DNA from: Mustelus asterias
Lineage: Eukaryota
Assembly (NCBI RefSeq): GCF_964213995.1
Contig: NC_135808.1
Coordinates: forward strand, 20,584,001-20,648,000
Direction: 5' to 3'
Length of the DNA: 64,000 nucleotides
Below, one piece after another: positions 37,908-50,724 of this stretch (the stretch's first letter is position 1; each line of letters opens with the position of its first letter). The notes beneath the pieces were generated by a model. It had not been told where the DNA came from. It did no database searches and was given only the letters and a program-made list of their open reading frames with translations. Position numbers and translations under genes: made by a program.

Positions 37908-38262
37908 TAGAATCATAGAATCCCTATGGTGCAGAATGAGGCCATTTGGCCGATGGAGTCTGCATCAACTCTTTGAAAGAGCATCTTATCCAGGCCCAAT
38001 CCCCACCCCAAACCCGTAACCCTGTTCATTTACCATGGCTAATCCAACTAACCTACATATCTTTGGACACTAAAGGAGAATTTAGGATGGCCCATCCATC
38101 TTATCTGCACATCTTTGGACTGTGGAAGGAAACTGGAGTATCTGGAGCAATGCCACGCAGACACAAGGCAAATGTGTAAACTCCACAGAGTCACCCAAGG
38201 GCAGAATTGAACCTGGGTCCCCGGCACTGTGACGCAGCAATGCTATCCACTGTGCTACTGTG
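37908..38262 (-). mobile_element. HE1-like V-SINE (diverged)
   Basis: Head, V-domain and tail. Confidence 0.8.
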
Positions 38263-38790
38263 TCATTCAGCACTGATCAACATCTTGAACTAGATACAAG
38301 GCCCGTGTGATTCATATTGCTAAGTTGATGAATTTTGAGATGGGAATGTGAGAGAGAAATAAATGGTGATATGGATTTTAGTTCCTGAATACAGCAGAGA
38401 GGTTAAAATCTGATGCTTAGTCTGCCAGGGTCTGGACGAGAGAGCACGGTTGGAGGCCAAGAGTCTGTATGGTCCATCATGCCAGAATGTAAGTGGGAGC
38501 TACCACTGGATTGGGAATTTGAAACCTATTAATATTTATAATGAAGCTGGAAGATTGCCCAGCTAGTGCTAGAGAAAGAACTCCAGCGATACTGAAGCAG
38601 CTCTCTCTGGGAGAGAAGAGTGTCATAGTGACTGTCATAGAGTTTTACAGCAGAAAATGGGGCCAGAGCCCCTTTGGCTCATCATGCCTGTGCCAGCCAT
38701 CCAGCACCAACCTGTTCTAATCCCATTTTACAGCACTTGCTATGGCATTTCAAGTGCTCATCTAATTGCTTCCTAAATGCTGGTAGCCAT

Positions 38791-38992
38791 GATGTGGTGA
38801 TGCCGGCGTTGGATTGGGGTGGGTACAGTAAGAAGTCTCACAACACCAGGTTAAAGTCCAACAGGTTTATTTGGAATCACGAGCTTTTGGAGCGCTGCGC
38901 CACTCCCTGATGAAGGGGCAGTGCTCTGAAAGCTCGTGATTCCAAATAAACCTGTTGGACATTAACCTGGTGTTGTGAGACTTCTTACTGTG
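38791..38992. mobile_element. Palindromic Penelope-derived element (family A) with hammerhead core
   Basis: Inverted arms. CTGATGA-AGGGGCAGTGCTCT-GAAA at 38907-38931. Confidence 0.8.
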
Positions 38993-40630
38993 CTTAAATG
39001 TTGTGAGGGTTCTCGCCGCGACCACCCTTTCAGGTAATGAGTTCCAGATTCCCACCATCCTCTGGGTGAAAAAGCTTTCCTCAAATCCCCTCGCAATCGT
39101 CTGCCCCTTACCTTAAATCTAAGCCCCCTGATTATTGACCCCTCGACTAAGGGAAAAAGTTCTTTCCTATCTACCCTCTCTATTTCCCTCATAATTCTGT
39201 ACACCTCAAACAGGCCCCCCTTCAGCCTTCTCTGCTCTGAGGAGAACAGCTCCAGCCTAACCAGTCTCTCATCAGAGCTGAAACGCTCAAGTCCAGGTAA
39301 CAACCAGGTGAATCTCCTCTGCACTCTTTCTCGTGCAATCACATCTTTCCTATCGTGTGGCGACCAGAACTGCACGCAGCACTCTCGCTGTGGCCTAAGG
39401 AGTGTTTTATACAGCTCCATCATAACCTCCCTGCTCTTATATTCTCTGCCTCTGCTAGTACAGGCAAATATCGCATATGCCTTCTTAATCATCTCATCTA
39501 CTTGTCCTGCTGCCTTCAGGAACCTGCACATGCATCCCAAGGTCCATCTGATCCTAGCGTCCTACCATTCATTGTATATTCCCTTGCCTTGTTCGTCCTC
39601 CCAAAATGCATCACCTCACACTTTTCAGGGTTAAATTCCATTTGCCACTGCTCTGCCCATCTGACCAGCCCGTCGATATCACTCTCTCAGCTAAGGCTTT
39701 CTACTTCACTATTTACCACACCACTAATTTTTGTGTCATCTGTGAACTTACTGACCATACCTCATACTTTCACATCTAGATCATTAATCTACACTACAAA
39801 CAGCAAGTGATCGAGCACCGATCCCTGTGGTACCCCACAGGGCACAAGGTTCCAGTCACTAAAACAACCTTCAACCATCACCCTCTGCCTCCAGCCACAA
39901 AGACAATTTTGGATCCAATTTGCCAAATTGCCCTGGATCCCATGGGTTCTTACCTCCTTGATCAGTCTCCCATGCAAGACCCCATGAAAGGCCTAACTGA
40001 AGTCCATGTACTCTGCATCAACTGCATTGCCCTCATCTATGCACCTAGAATCATAGAATCCTACAGTACAGAAGGAGGCCATTCAACCCATCGAGCCTGC
40101 ACTGACCACAATCCCATCCAGGCCCTATCCCCATTACCCCATGTATTTAACCTAGCTAGTCCCCCTGACACTAAGGGGCAATTTAGCACAGCCAATTCAC
40201 CTAACACACACATTTTTGGACTGTGGGAGGAAACCGGATCACCCGGAGGAAACCCACGCAGACACGGGGAGAATGTGCAGACTCCACACAGACAGTGACC
40301 CAAGCTGGGAATTGAACCCGGGTCCCTGGCGCTGTGAGGCAGCAGTGCTAACCATTGTGCCACCTAGTCACCTCCTTGAAAAGTTCAATGAAATTTGTTA
40401 GACATGATCTCCCCTTGACAAAGCCATGCTGACTGTCCTTGATTAATCCTTGCCTCTCCAAGAGAGATTAATTCTGTCCCTCGGAATGTTTTCCAATGGT
40501 TTCCCTCCCACCGACGTTAGACTCACTGACCTGTAATTGTCTGGATTTTCACTACTTCTTTTCTCGAATAAGGCACCACATTCGTTGTCCTCCAGTCCTT
40601 GGAAACTTCCCCTGTAGGCAGAGAGGATAT
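38993..40630 (-). mobile_element. CR1 LINE RT fragment (frameshifted) with HE1 SINE 40046-40363
   Basis: NYRSVSLTSV, GVPQGSVL, LYKTLLRPQRECCVQFWSP. Confidence 0.9.
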
Positions 40631-40667
40631 GGCAATTAGCATCAAAGCTGCTGCAATCTCTTATCTT

Positions 40668-40968
40668 GGGGTAGCATGGTGGCACAGTGGTGAGCATTGC
40701 TGCCTCAAAGTGCCAGGGACCCGGGTTTAATTCCCAGCTTGGGTGCGAAGTCTGCATGTTCTCCTCTGTGTCTGTGTGGGCTTCCTCCGGGTGCTCTGGT
40801 TTCCTCCCACAATCCAAAAGACGTGCAGGTGAGGTGCATTGGCCGTGCTAAATTCTCCCTCAGTGTAACCGAATAGGTGCCGGAGTGTGGCGACTAGGGG
40901 ACTTTCACAGTAACTTAATTGCAGTGTTAATGTAAGTCTACTCGTGACACTAATAAATAAACTTTAAA
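40668..40968 (+). mobile_element. V-SINE with alternative (non-HE1) tail
   Basis: HE1-type head and V-domain, then ttctccctcagtgtaaccgaataggtgccggagtgtggcgactagggg..aataaataaactttaaac. Confidence 0.8.
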
Positions 40969-41402
40969 CAAAGCAGCGTGGGATACATCACGTCAGTGGA
41001 TCGATCCACTTTTTGGCCCACTAAAACCACTAATATCTCCCACCAGTAGATGGTGGTATGGAGGCGGTGACTGACGGCAGTGACACAGGGGCACCAGCAG
41101 ATGGTGGTAGAGGAGTGACTGAGGGCAGTGAGTTACAGATACAGCAGATGGAATCGTCGAGTCGTCCTGCGCAGGAAAGGCCCTTCGGCCCTTCGGCCCA
41201 TCGAGTCTGCACCGACAATAATTACCGCTAAAGTCGCACTAATCCCATTTTCCAGCACTTGTCCCATATCCTTGAATGTTGTGATATTTCAATGCCCATC
41301 AAAATAGGTTTGAAAGGTTGTAAGGTTTCCAGCCTCCACTACCTTCCCAGGCAGCGCATTCCAGATTCCCACCGTCCTCTGAGTGAATTTGTTTCTCAAA
41401 TC

Positions 41403-41440
41403 TCGCTTCTCGGCCTTTTGGCTAAGATCAAGTGTAGTAT
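41403..41440 (+). pseudogene. RNU2: U2 snRNA 5' fragment (stem I + branch-point recognition GTAGTA)
   Basis: tcgcttctcggccttttggctaagatcaagtgtagtat matches the recalled vertebrate U2 5' end. No Sm site or 3' domain. Confidence 0.92.
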
Positions 41441-41736
41441 GGATCGCCTGCACTTGGTTGAGGTCATCAGGTTACGCTGAGGCTTCATATGTTTCATATG
41501 AAGCAATTTTTAAAAGCGGCATCTCGGCCTTTTGGCTAAGATGCAAATGAGCTCAAGTCTTGGAGGAGGAACCTCCCCCTTCTCCAATCAGCTTGGCTCA
41601 TGAAGATCAGGCCCAGGACAGGGTGGTTTTGGTCTCCCGTCCTGTCTTGTCAGCCTGGATCTGAAATGTCTCAACTTGTTGAGACTCTGAATTGGATTTG
41701 ATTTGATTGAATTGGAAAAGTATTTTTTTTTTTTAA
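41403..41736 (+). mobile_element. U2 snRNA-headed structured retroposon (SINE-like) with 14-bp TSD
   Basis: 41403-41440 is identical to U2 nt 2-39. A second U2 piece (nt 7-27) lies at 41522-41542. TSD ttgtttctcaaatc at 41389-41402 and 41737-41750, splitting a CR1 fragment. Confidence 0.85.
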
Positions 41737-42124
41737 TTGTTTCTCAAATCCCCTCTGAATCCCCTGCCCCTTACCCTAAAACTATGCCCCCTCGTGATTG
41801 ACCCCGGTTACTGTTCACCCTGTCCATCCCCTCATAATTTTATACACCTCAATCATGTCTTTGCTCCAAAGAAAACAATCCAAACCTATCCAGTCTCTCC
41901 TTATAGCTCAAATGCTCCATCCCAGGCAACGTCCTGGTGAACCTCCTCTGTACCCCATCTCGTGCAATCACATCCTTCCTATAGTGAGTCCCAGAACTGC
42001 ACACAGTGCTCCAGCTCCGACATAACCTCCTTGCTCTTATATTCTATGCCATGAATGATAAAAACAAGTCTCCCATATGCCTTCTTAACTATCCTCTTCA
42101 CCTGCTCTGCTGCCTTCCGTGATC

Positions 42125-43003
42125 TGTGACGGTGATGGTCACAGAGAGGCGTGACTGAAGGTAGTGTGACAGGGGCACCAGCAGATGGTGGTAGAGAGAG
42201 AGGTGACTGAAGGCAATGAGACAGGTCACCAGCAGATGGGGATAGAGAGCAGGCTAACACAGGGCAGTGAGACTTTGATTTGGTTTGATTTGATTTATTA
42301 TTGTCACATGTATGAGTATACAGTGAAAAGTATTGTTCGTTGTGCGCTATACAGATAAAGCATACCGTACACAGAGAAGGAAAGGAGAGAGTACAGAATG
42401 TAGTGTTACAGTCATAGCTGGGGTGTAGAGAAAGATCAGCTTAATGCAAGGTAGGTCCATTCAAAAGTCTGACAGCAGCAGGGAAGAAGCTGTTATTGAG
42501 TCGGTTGGTACGTGACCTCAGACTTTTGTATCTTTTTCCCGGTGGAAGAAGGTGGAAGAGAGAATGTCCGGGGTGCGTGGGGTCCTTAATTATGCTGGCT
42601 GCTTTTCCCAGGCAGCGGGAAGTGTAGACGGAGTCAATGGATGGGAGGCTGGTTTGCGCAATGGATTGGGCTTCGTTCATAACCCTTTGTAGTTTCCTGC
42701 GGTTTTGGGCAGAGCAGGAGCCACACCAAGCTGTGATACAACCAGAAAGGATGCATTCTATGGTGCATCTGTAAAAGTTGGTGAGAGACACGGCACTCAG
42801 AAATGGTAATAGAGAAAGGGGTGACAGAGGGCAGTGAATCAGGTGCACCAGCAGATGGTGATAGAGAGGGGGGGGTGACAGAGGGCAGTGTGACGGGGCA
42901 CCAGCAGATGGTAATAGAGAGAAGGGGTGACAGAGGGCAGTGTGACGGGGCACCAGCAGATGGTGATAGAGAGAAGGGATGACATAGGGCAGTGTGACAG
43001 GGA
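42125..43003. repeat. ~50-bp degenerate tandem repeat (gggcaccagcagatggtg..gagggcagtgtgac) split by a Rex1/Babar fragment (42277-42788, minus). More copies at 41040-41150
   Basis: Direct reading. The Rex1 peptide in ORF 42441-43061 is CILSGCITAWCG. Confidence 0.8.
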
Positions 43004-43408
43004 GATTTGCCCCTGCTGGTGTCTGAGAGGGTAAGGAGATTTTAACAGAGTGAATATTCACTATGGTTCAAATTTATGTGAGTGAGAGAGCAGTGTGTGA
43101 TACTGAGAGAACATAAAGTGAAATATCATTGAAAATGTGTACATGGACAGTGTGTGATGCAGGCAGTTATTGTCTGCTGTCCTTTGATTTGAGAATGACA
43201 TTACTTGATTCTGATTTTTCATGTGATTCAACAGGTTATATCTCAACCCGCAGCACTCTGGACATATAGGGCAGGAAGTCAGTATTCAGTCTATTCTAAT
43301 TGATGTTATAGGAGTTTTGTTGGATACTTGCAAAGTCTAAAGATGTGTAGGTTAGGTGGATTGGCCATGCTAAATTGCCCCTTAATGTCCCAAGATGTGC
43401 AGGTTATT

Positions 43409-43805
43409 TAATTTGATTTGATTTGATTTATTATTGTCACATGTATTAGCATACAGTGAAAAGTATTGTTTTTTGCGTGTTATACAGAGCATACAATTTA
43501 TAGAGAAGGAAAGGAGAGGGTGCAGAATATAGTGTTGCAGTCACAGCTAGGGTGTAGAGAAAGATCAACTTAGAGCGAGTCCATTCAAAAGTCTGATGGC
43601 AGCAGGGAAGAAGCTGTTCTTGAGTTGGTTGGTACTTGACCAGACTTTTGTATCTTTTTCCGATGGAAGAAGGTGGAAGAGAGTATGTCCAGGGTGCATG
43701 AGGTCCTTGATTATGCTGGCTGCTTTTCCGAGGCAGCGGGAAGTGTAGACAGAGTTAATGGATGGGAGGCTGGTTTGTGTGATGGACTGGGCTTCGTTCA
43801 TGACC
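43409..43805 (-). mobile_element. Rex1/Babar-type LINE 3' fragment
   Basis: [22 protein letters not shown], (atttg)n tail. Confidence 0.85.
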
Positions 43806-43809
43806 TCCC

Positions 43810-44865
43810 CAAATTCTGTGACCTGGGCCTGGGCTCCTCCCTCTTGCGACTGGATCCTAGACTTCCTAATCCACAGACCACAATCATTAAGGATAGACAA
43901 CAAGACCTTCTCCATGATCATCCTCAACACCAGTGCCCCACAAGGCTGTGTTCTCAGCCCCCAACTGTACTCCTTATAAACCTATGACTTTGCGGCCAAA
44001 TTGCCCTCCAATTCGATTTTCAAGTTTGCTAACGACACCACCATAGGGGGTTGGATCTCAAACAATGATGAGACAGAGTACAGGAATGAAATAGGGAATC
44101 TGATGAACTGGTGCGGCAACAATAATCTCTCCCTCAATGTCAACAAAATGAAGGAGATTGTCATCGACTTCAGGAAGCGTAAAGGAGAACATGCCCCTGT
44201 CTACATCAATGGGGACGAAGTAGAAAGGGTCGAGAGCTTCAAGTTTCTAGGTGCCCCAATCACCAACAACATGTTCTGGTCCCTCCATGCTGACACTATC
44301 GTTAAGAAAGCCCAACAACGCCTCTACCTTCTCAGGAGGCTAAGGAAATTTGGCATGTCCATTATGACTCTCACCGATTTTTGCCATAGAAAGCATTCTT
44401 TCTGGATGTAGCACAGCTTAGATATGGCTCCTGCAACACCGCAAAAAACTACAAAGGGTCATGAACAAAGCCCAGTCCATCATGCAAACCAGCGTCCCAT
44501 CCACTGACACCATCTACACTTCCCGCTGCCTTGGCAAAGCAGCCAGCATAATCAAGGACCCCACGCACCCCGGACATTCTCTCTTCCACCTTCTTCCGTC
44601 AGGAAAAAGATACAAAAGTCTGAGATCACACACCAACCGACTCAAGAACAGCTTCTTCCCTACTGTCATCAGACTTTTTAATGGACCTACCTCACATTAA
44701 GTTGATCTTTCTCTACACCCTAGTTATGATTGTCACACTACATTCTGCAGTCTCTCCTTTCGTTCTCTATGAATGGTATGCTCTGTCTGTATAGCACGCA
44801 AGAGACAATGCCTTTCACTTACACTGATACATGTGACAATAATAAATCAAATCAAATCTAATCAA
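43810..44865 (+). mobile_element. Rex1/Babar-type LINE RT fragment
   Basis: [53 protein letters not shown]. Confidence 0.9.
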
Positions 44866-45424
44866 AGTGATATTTCTGACTTTCTCTCTCTCCCCAGATT
44901 TTGCTCTCGTTCTCTCCCTCACTCCGCCTGCCTCCCTCCACCACCTGTCTCACTCTGGTTTGCCCTTACTCCCTGACCCATCACCCCCAATGACATTGCC
45001 TGCCCCATTCACCTTCCCAACCTCTCTGGGTTCCTTTATAAAACTTTTCTCTCATCTCTCTGTGTTTCCTTTTAGCTCTTGTTTCTTGCTCTCTCCGACT
45101 TTCTCTGGCTTTATTAATGAGAGTTGTCAGTATGCTTCAGAGACTTACAAGCTCCGATTTTCACTCTCCCCGGCCAGTGGGGTTATTAGGCTGGGAGGAC
45201 CAGCATGAAATCGTATGAATGGCCTTTCCACCGGGTTCCTGCCCATTCCGACCTTCCAGAGATTTTACGCTGCAATGCGCCAGGCCCACTAAGGCCCACC
45301 TTGCCCCAATTGAGGTCATTAATTGGCTAATTATTGGCCACTTGAGAGCACTTTCCCGCCCAGCTTCAACTTTGAGGCAGGCAGGGGATTTCACAGGTTT
45401 GCGGAAAGCCAAAATATGATCTGC

Positions 45425-47660
45425 AAAATAATGAGGAGCATAGATCAGTTAGATAGTCAACATCTTTTCCCAAAGGTAGGGGAGTCTAAAACTAGAGGGC
45501 ATAGGTTTAAGGTGAGAGGGGAGAGATACAAAAGGATCCAGAGGGAAAAGAAATTCACACAGAGGGTAGTGAGTGTCTGGAACAAGCTGCCAGAGGCAGT
45601 AGTAGAGGCGGGTACAATTTTGTCTTTTAAAAAGCATTTAGATAGTTACATGGGTAGGATGGGTCCCGAGGGGTATGGGCCAAACACGGGCAATTGGGAC
45701 TAGCTTAAAAAGGATGGCATGGGCAAGTTGGGCTGAAGGGCCTGTTTCCATGTTGTAAACCTCTATGATCAGGCTTAGGCCTCTGGCTGAAATCTCCTGA
45801 GGTGACTTCTGGACTTGCATCGGCAAACCCATCTGTCATACATGAAAGTAGATTCTGTACTCTAATCAGTTTCGCTGACGCAGGACCATTCAGACTTGAA
45901 ACGTTGGCTCTACTCTCTCTCCACAGATGCTGAACGTCCTGCTGAGATTTCCCAGCATTTTCTGTTTTTATTTCAGATTTCATCATCTGCAGTAATTTAT
46001 TTTTATCCGACCAGTTTATTCCTCAGAAACATAGGAACGCAGAAGATAGGAACAGGAAAAAGCCATTTGGCCCTTCAAACCTGCTCTGCAATTCAGTACA
46101 ACCATGGCTGATCATCCAACTCAATAGCCTAATTCTGCTTTCTCCCCATAACCTTTGATCCCATTCACCCCAAGTGCTATATCCAGCCGCCTCTTGAATG
46201 CATTCAATTTTTGGCATCAACTACTTCCTGTGGTAATGAATTCCACAGGCTCACCACGCTTTGGGTGAAGAAATGTCTCCTCAACATCATCCTAAATGGT
46301 CTAACCTGAATCCTGAGACTGTGACCTCTGGTTCTGGACTCCCCCACCATCGGGAACATCCTCCCTGCATCTACCCTGTCTAATCCTGTTCGAATTTTAT
46401 AAGTCTCTATGAGTTCCCCACTCATTCATCTGAACTCCAGCGAAAACAATCCTAACCTAGTCAATCTCTCCTCATACACCAGTCCCTCCATCCCCAAAGA
46501 TATGACTGGTGGTTGATTTAAAGTGGTACCTGTTGTGAGCCCTTGAGAATGCAGGGCTTGGCGATGTGCTCCAGGTTGGATCAGCAACCAATGCTGGAAT
46601 TAAATCAGAACAGACACTGCCGCCGTGCTGTCCTGGAACCAGGCAGCTCCCCGTCAGGGAATTGAACCCTGGTCTCCCGCAAGGATACTAACCTCGACAC
46701 TAACGAGGAAGTTGCGGAGAGTAATTCCTCTGTGCTGCCGTTCAAGCTCACACTTTGTAAATTCACTCCTGACCATTATTTTTGGGTCTCTTCAAACGAG
46801 AAGTTAGACTTATAGCGTCATAAAGGTTTACAGCATGGAAACAGGCCCTTCGGCCCAACTTGTCCATGCCGCCCTTTTTTTAAAAACCTCTAAGCTAATC
46901 CCAATTGCCCGCATTTGACCCATATCGTACCCATGTAACTATGTAAATGCTTTTTAAAAGACAAAATTGTACCCGCCTCTACTACTACCTCTGGCCGCTT
47001 GTTCCAGACACTCACCACCCTCTGTCTGAAATAATTGCCCCTCTGAACACTTTTGTATCTCTCCCCTCTCACCTTAAACCTATGCCCTCTAGTTTTAGAC
47101 TCCCCTACCTTTAGGAAAAGTTATTGACTATCTAGTTGATCTATGCCCCTCATTATTTTATAGACCTCTATAAGGTCACCCCTCAACCTCCTACGCTCCA
47201 GAGAAAAAAGTCCCAGTCTATCCAGCCTCTCCTTATAACTCAATCCATCAAGTCCCGGTAGCATCCTAGTAAATCTTTTCTGTGCTCTTTCTAGTTTGAT
47301 AATATCCTTTCTATAATAGGATGACCAGAATTGCACACAGTATTCCAAGTGTGGCCTTACCAATGTCTTGTACAACTTCAACAAGATGTTCCAACTCCTG
47401 TACTCAATATTCTGACCGATGAAATCAAGCATGCGGAATGCCTTCTTCACCACTCTGTCCATTTGTGACTCCACTTTCAAGGAGCTATTAACATGTACCC
47501 TTAGATCTCTTTGATCTGTAACTCTCCCCAATGCCCTACCATTAACTAAGTCCTGCCCTGGTTCAATCTATCAAAATGCATCACCTCCCATTTGTCTAAA
47601 TTAAACTCCATCTGCCATTCGTCAGCCCATTGTTCCAATTGATGAAGATCCTATTGCAAT
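45425..47660. mobile_element. Three CR1 3' fragments (45425-45768 plus, 46025-46495 minus, 46815-47660 minus)
   Basis: CR1 RT C-terminal peptides in ORFs 45323-45703, 46204-46425 and 47121-47531. Confidence 0.88.
46647..46709 (-). pseudogene. tRNA-Asp pseudogene lacking the anticodon loop
   Basis: Reverse strand TCCTCGTTAGTGTCGAGGTTAGTATCCTTGCGGGAGACCAGGGTTCAATTCCCTGACGGGGAG matches canonical tRNA-Asp(GTC), with about 9 nt deleted over the anticodon. Confidence 0.85.
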
Positions 47661-48411
47661 TCTACTTTTTCTTGCAATGACTCAACTTTTCCTTGTCATC
47701 CCGAGACTCATGATTTGCATTTCAGCTGTTTTCTCTTTCAGCAACTCAATATTTCCCAGTTGGGTTGGCAAGTGGACTCTGATTGGTACAGGTACAGGCA
47801 TGGCAAATGCACCAGTTGAATGTGATCACAGTTAACTGCCAAGCGACAATTAAAATTTAAACCAGGCAGCCTGACTCTGACTGGTCAAGGCATTGCACTG
47901 AGCTTGCAAAAGTCTGTCACTTATTTTGTCTAGCTAAAATGTGTTTTCATCCATTACTTTTACCTCCAGTTCCTTGATCTTCAGCTTCATAGTTACATTT
48001 TCCCACCTTGCTTTCTATCTTGTCCTTTTCAGCCTCACGCAGGCTTTTGTCCTGGCCCTTCGTTTTGGTTTCATTGTTAGCCAAGTGTGTCTCCGGTGAA
48101 GCTCCCTGTAATTGCGCTACCCATGAGTTCATTGCTGACTTACAACTTCCCCTTCACAGAGAGACAGCTGCCTGCTCAGCACTGCCACCTGCTGTTACAG
48201 TCTGCATACTGCGTCGGCATTTTCAAAAAGATCTATTTTTCTAAGCCTACCAGCTGCCTCTCAGCCCTCGCTTTCTTCTGCACTAAACTCCTCTGTCCAT
48301 GCACTTCACTGTGTTGACATCGTCGGCCACTATGGTGTGGTTTGTTTGGGTATCGCCTTTTGGTCTTTGATTACTGGACGTTTCCAGCCTTCTTTTTAAG
48401 ATGAAGTGAAG

Positions 48412-48757
48412 TGGGCAGCACGGTGGGGCAGTGGTTGGCACGGTGGGGCAGTGGTTAGCACTGCTGCCTCCCAGCTCCAGGCACCCGGGTTCGATTCCCT
48501 TGGGTATGTGTGGAGTTTGCACATTGTCCCCGTGTCTGCTTGGGTTTCCTTCAGGGGCTCCGGTTTCCTCCCACACTCCAAAGATGTGCGGGTTAGGTTG
48601 ATTGGCCGTGCTATATAGCCCCTTAGTGTCCTGGGATGCGTAGGTTAGTGGGGTAAATTTGTGGAGTATAAGGGATAGAGCCTGGGTGGGATTGTTTTTG
48701 GCGCAGGTTTGATGGGCCGAATGGCCTCCTTCTACAATGCCGGGATTTTATGATTCT
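48412..48757 (+). mobile_element. HE1-like V-SINE with duplicated head
   Basis: gcacggtggggcagtggtt occurs twice. Confidence 0.85.
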
Positions 48758-49461
48758 GCACGCTCCACTGCTTGAAGATTGAAATACATGAGAAAGATAG
48801 TCGTACCCTCACCCCTCCCACCCCCGGGCTTTCATTTCTCTACAGCAAACCATCTTCTCAAACCCGCTCCCCTGCCCCCTCCACCATCACTCCTGTTAAA
48901 GTTAACATTTATTTATTAGTGTCACAAGTTGACTTACATTAACACTGCAATGAAGTTACTGTCAAAATCGCTTAGTCGTCACACTCCGGGGCCTGTTCGG
49001 GTACATCCTGACTATTTGTATGACACTCACGGACTTCTTTGTCACTAAGATTGAGATGATCCTATTAGCTACCTCTGCCTCGCTTCCCCCATCACTGCCT
49101 CCAACTGGCCCACTGGATCAAACTTGCCCTAATACTGCTGCCCCAAGCCCTCAATTCACATTTTTCTTCAGTTTCCTTCTGTCACCCCTCAACCCCTCAC
49201 TGAACCTGTCTTATCCCTGCGACCCACCTCCTGTGCCCTCAGCCTGACTGCTCTGACCACTCAAATCTGCCTCTGGATCCCCCTGTGTTTGCCCATTTTG
49301 TAAACAGTTCCCTCTTTTGAGGTGGCACGGTGGCGCAGTGGTTAGCACTGCTGCCTCACTGCACCAGCGACCCGGGTTTGATTCCCTCGCTTTCAAATCC
49401 CTCCATGGCCTCTGAGGACCCATCGGTCTATTCAAATCCCTCCATGGTTAAAGCAAAGATT

Positions 49462-50325
49462 GTAAGAAGTCTCACAACACCAGGTTAAAGTCCAACAGGT
49501 TTATTTGGTAGCAAAAGCCACTAGCTTTTGTGGTCCAGGGTGAAGCGGATGAGAGAACAGTGAGCACGACACCACACAACCCTGCCACAGCAACCTCTGC
49601 AAGATGTGCCGGATCATTGACACGGATGCCATCATCTCACCTGAGAACACCATCCACCAGGTACACGGTACCTACTCTTGCAACTCGGCCAATGTTGTCT
49701 ACCTGATACGCTGCAGGAAAGGATGGCATGGTACACTGGGGAGACCATGCAGATGCTACGACAGCGGATGAATGGACACCGCTCGACAATCACCAGGCAA
49801 GAGTGTTCTCTTCCTGTTCAGAAACACTTCAGAGGGCATTCGGCCACTGATCTTCGGGTAAGCGTTCTCCAAGGCGGCCTTCACGACACACGACAGCGCA
49901 GAGTTGCTGAGCAGAGACTGATAGCCAAGTTCCGCACACATGAGGACGGCCTCAACTGGGATCTTGGGTTCATGTCACACTATCTGTAACTCCCACGACT
50001 TGCCTGGGTTTGCAAAATCTCACTAACTGTCCTGTCTGGAGACAATACACACCTCTTTAACCTGTGCTTAACCCTCTCTCCACTCACATTGTCTGTACCT
50101 TTAAGACTTGATTACCTGTAAAGACTCGCATTCCAACCATTATTTTGTAAATTGAGTTTGTGTCTTTGTGCCCTGTTTGTGAACAGAACTCCCACTCACC
50201 TGACGAAGGAGCAGCGCTCCGAAAGCTAGTGGTTTTTGCTACCAAATAAACCTGTTGGACTTTAACCTGGTGTTGTGAGACTTCTTACTGTGTTTATCCC
50301 AGTCCAACGCCGGCATCTCCACATC
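49462..50325 (+). mobile_element. Penelope-like element, 5'-truncated, GIY-YIG endonuclease remnant + pLTR, with inverted pLTR piece at 5' end
   Basis: NVVYLIRC..WYTGETMQMLRQRMNGHRSTI..VAEQRLIAKFRTHEDGLN. TSD taaagcaaagat at 49449-49460 and 50327-50338. Confidence 0.88.
50197..50231 (+). ncRNA. Minimal type I hammerhead ribozyme in Penelope pLTR
   Basis: CAC-CTGACGA-A-GGAGC-AGC-GCTCC-GAAA-GCTA-GTG. Confidence 0.78.
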
Positions 50326-50724
50326 ATAAAGCAAAGATCCACAGGCTTGCTTGGTGGGGAGGGGGGTAGGGGGGTAGGGGGGTGGGGGGGGGGGGTGCAG
50401 GGGATGGGGGGTGGGGTGGTGGGTGGGGGGGCGGGGGGTAGGGGGGAAGGCGGGGGGGGCGAGGGGAGGGTGGGGGGGCAGAGGGCTGGTGTAAAGGATT
50501 CCAGGTCATGATCTCAAATAAGTTTCAGGGAGTTCTCTCTCGTGCGCTGGCTAATATTCATCCCTTCGTCAGGGTAGGGCTGGTGGGGGGATGTGGGGCG
50601 GGGGAAAATCTTTTTCCTCCTGTTTTCGAGCTCCTTCCACAAACACCATCCCTACGCTGCCCCAGAACCGCCTCCCTCCCCTCCCCCGCCTCTCAATCAT
50701 ACATGTTATTATTTCAGGGGAGGG

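Noticed and set aside
41403-41440. Functional U2 snRNA gene
   Set aside because: Only nt 2-39 are present, with no Sm site or upstream promoter, and it is flanked by a TSD inside a LINE
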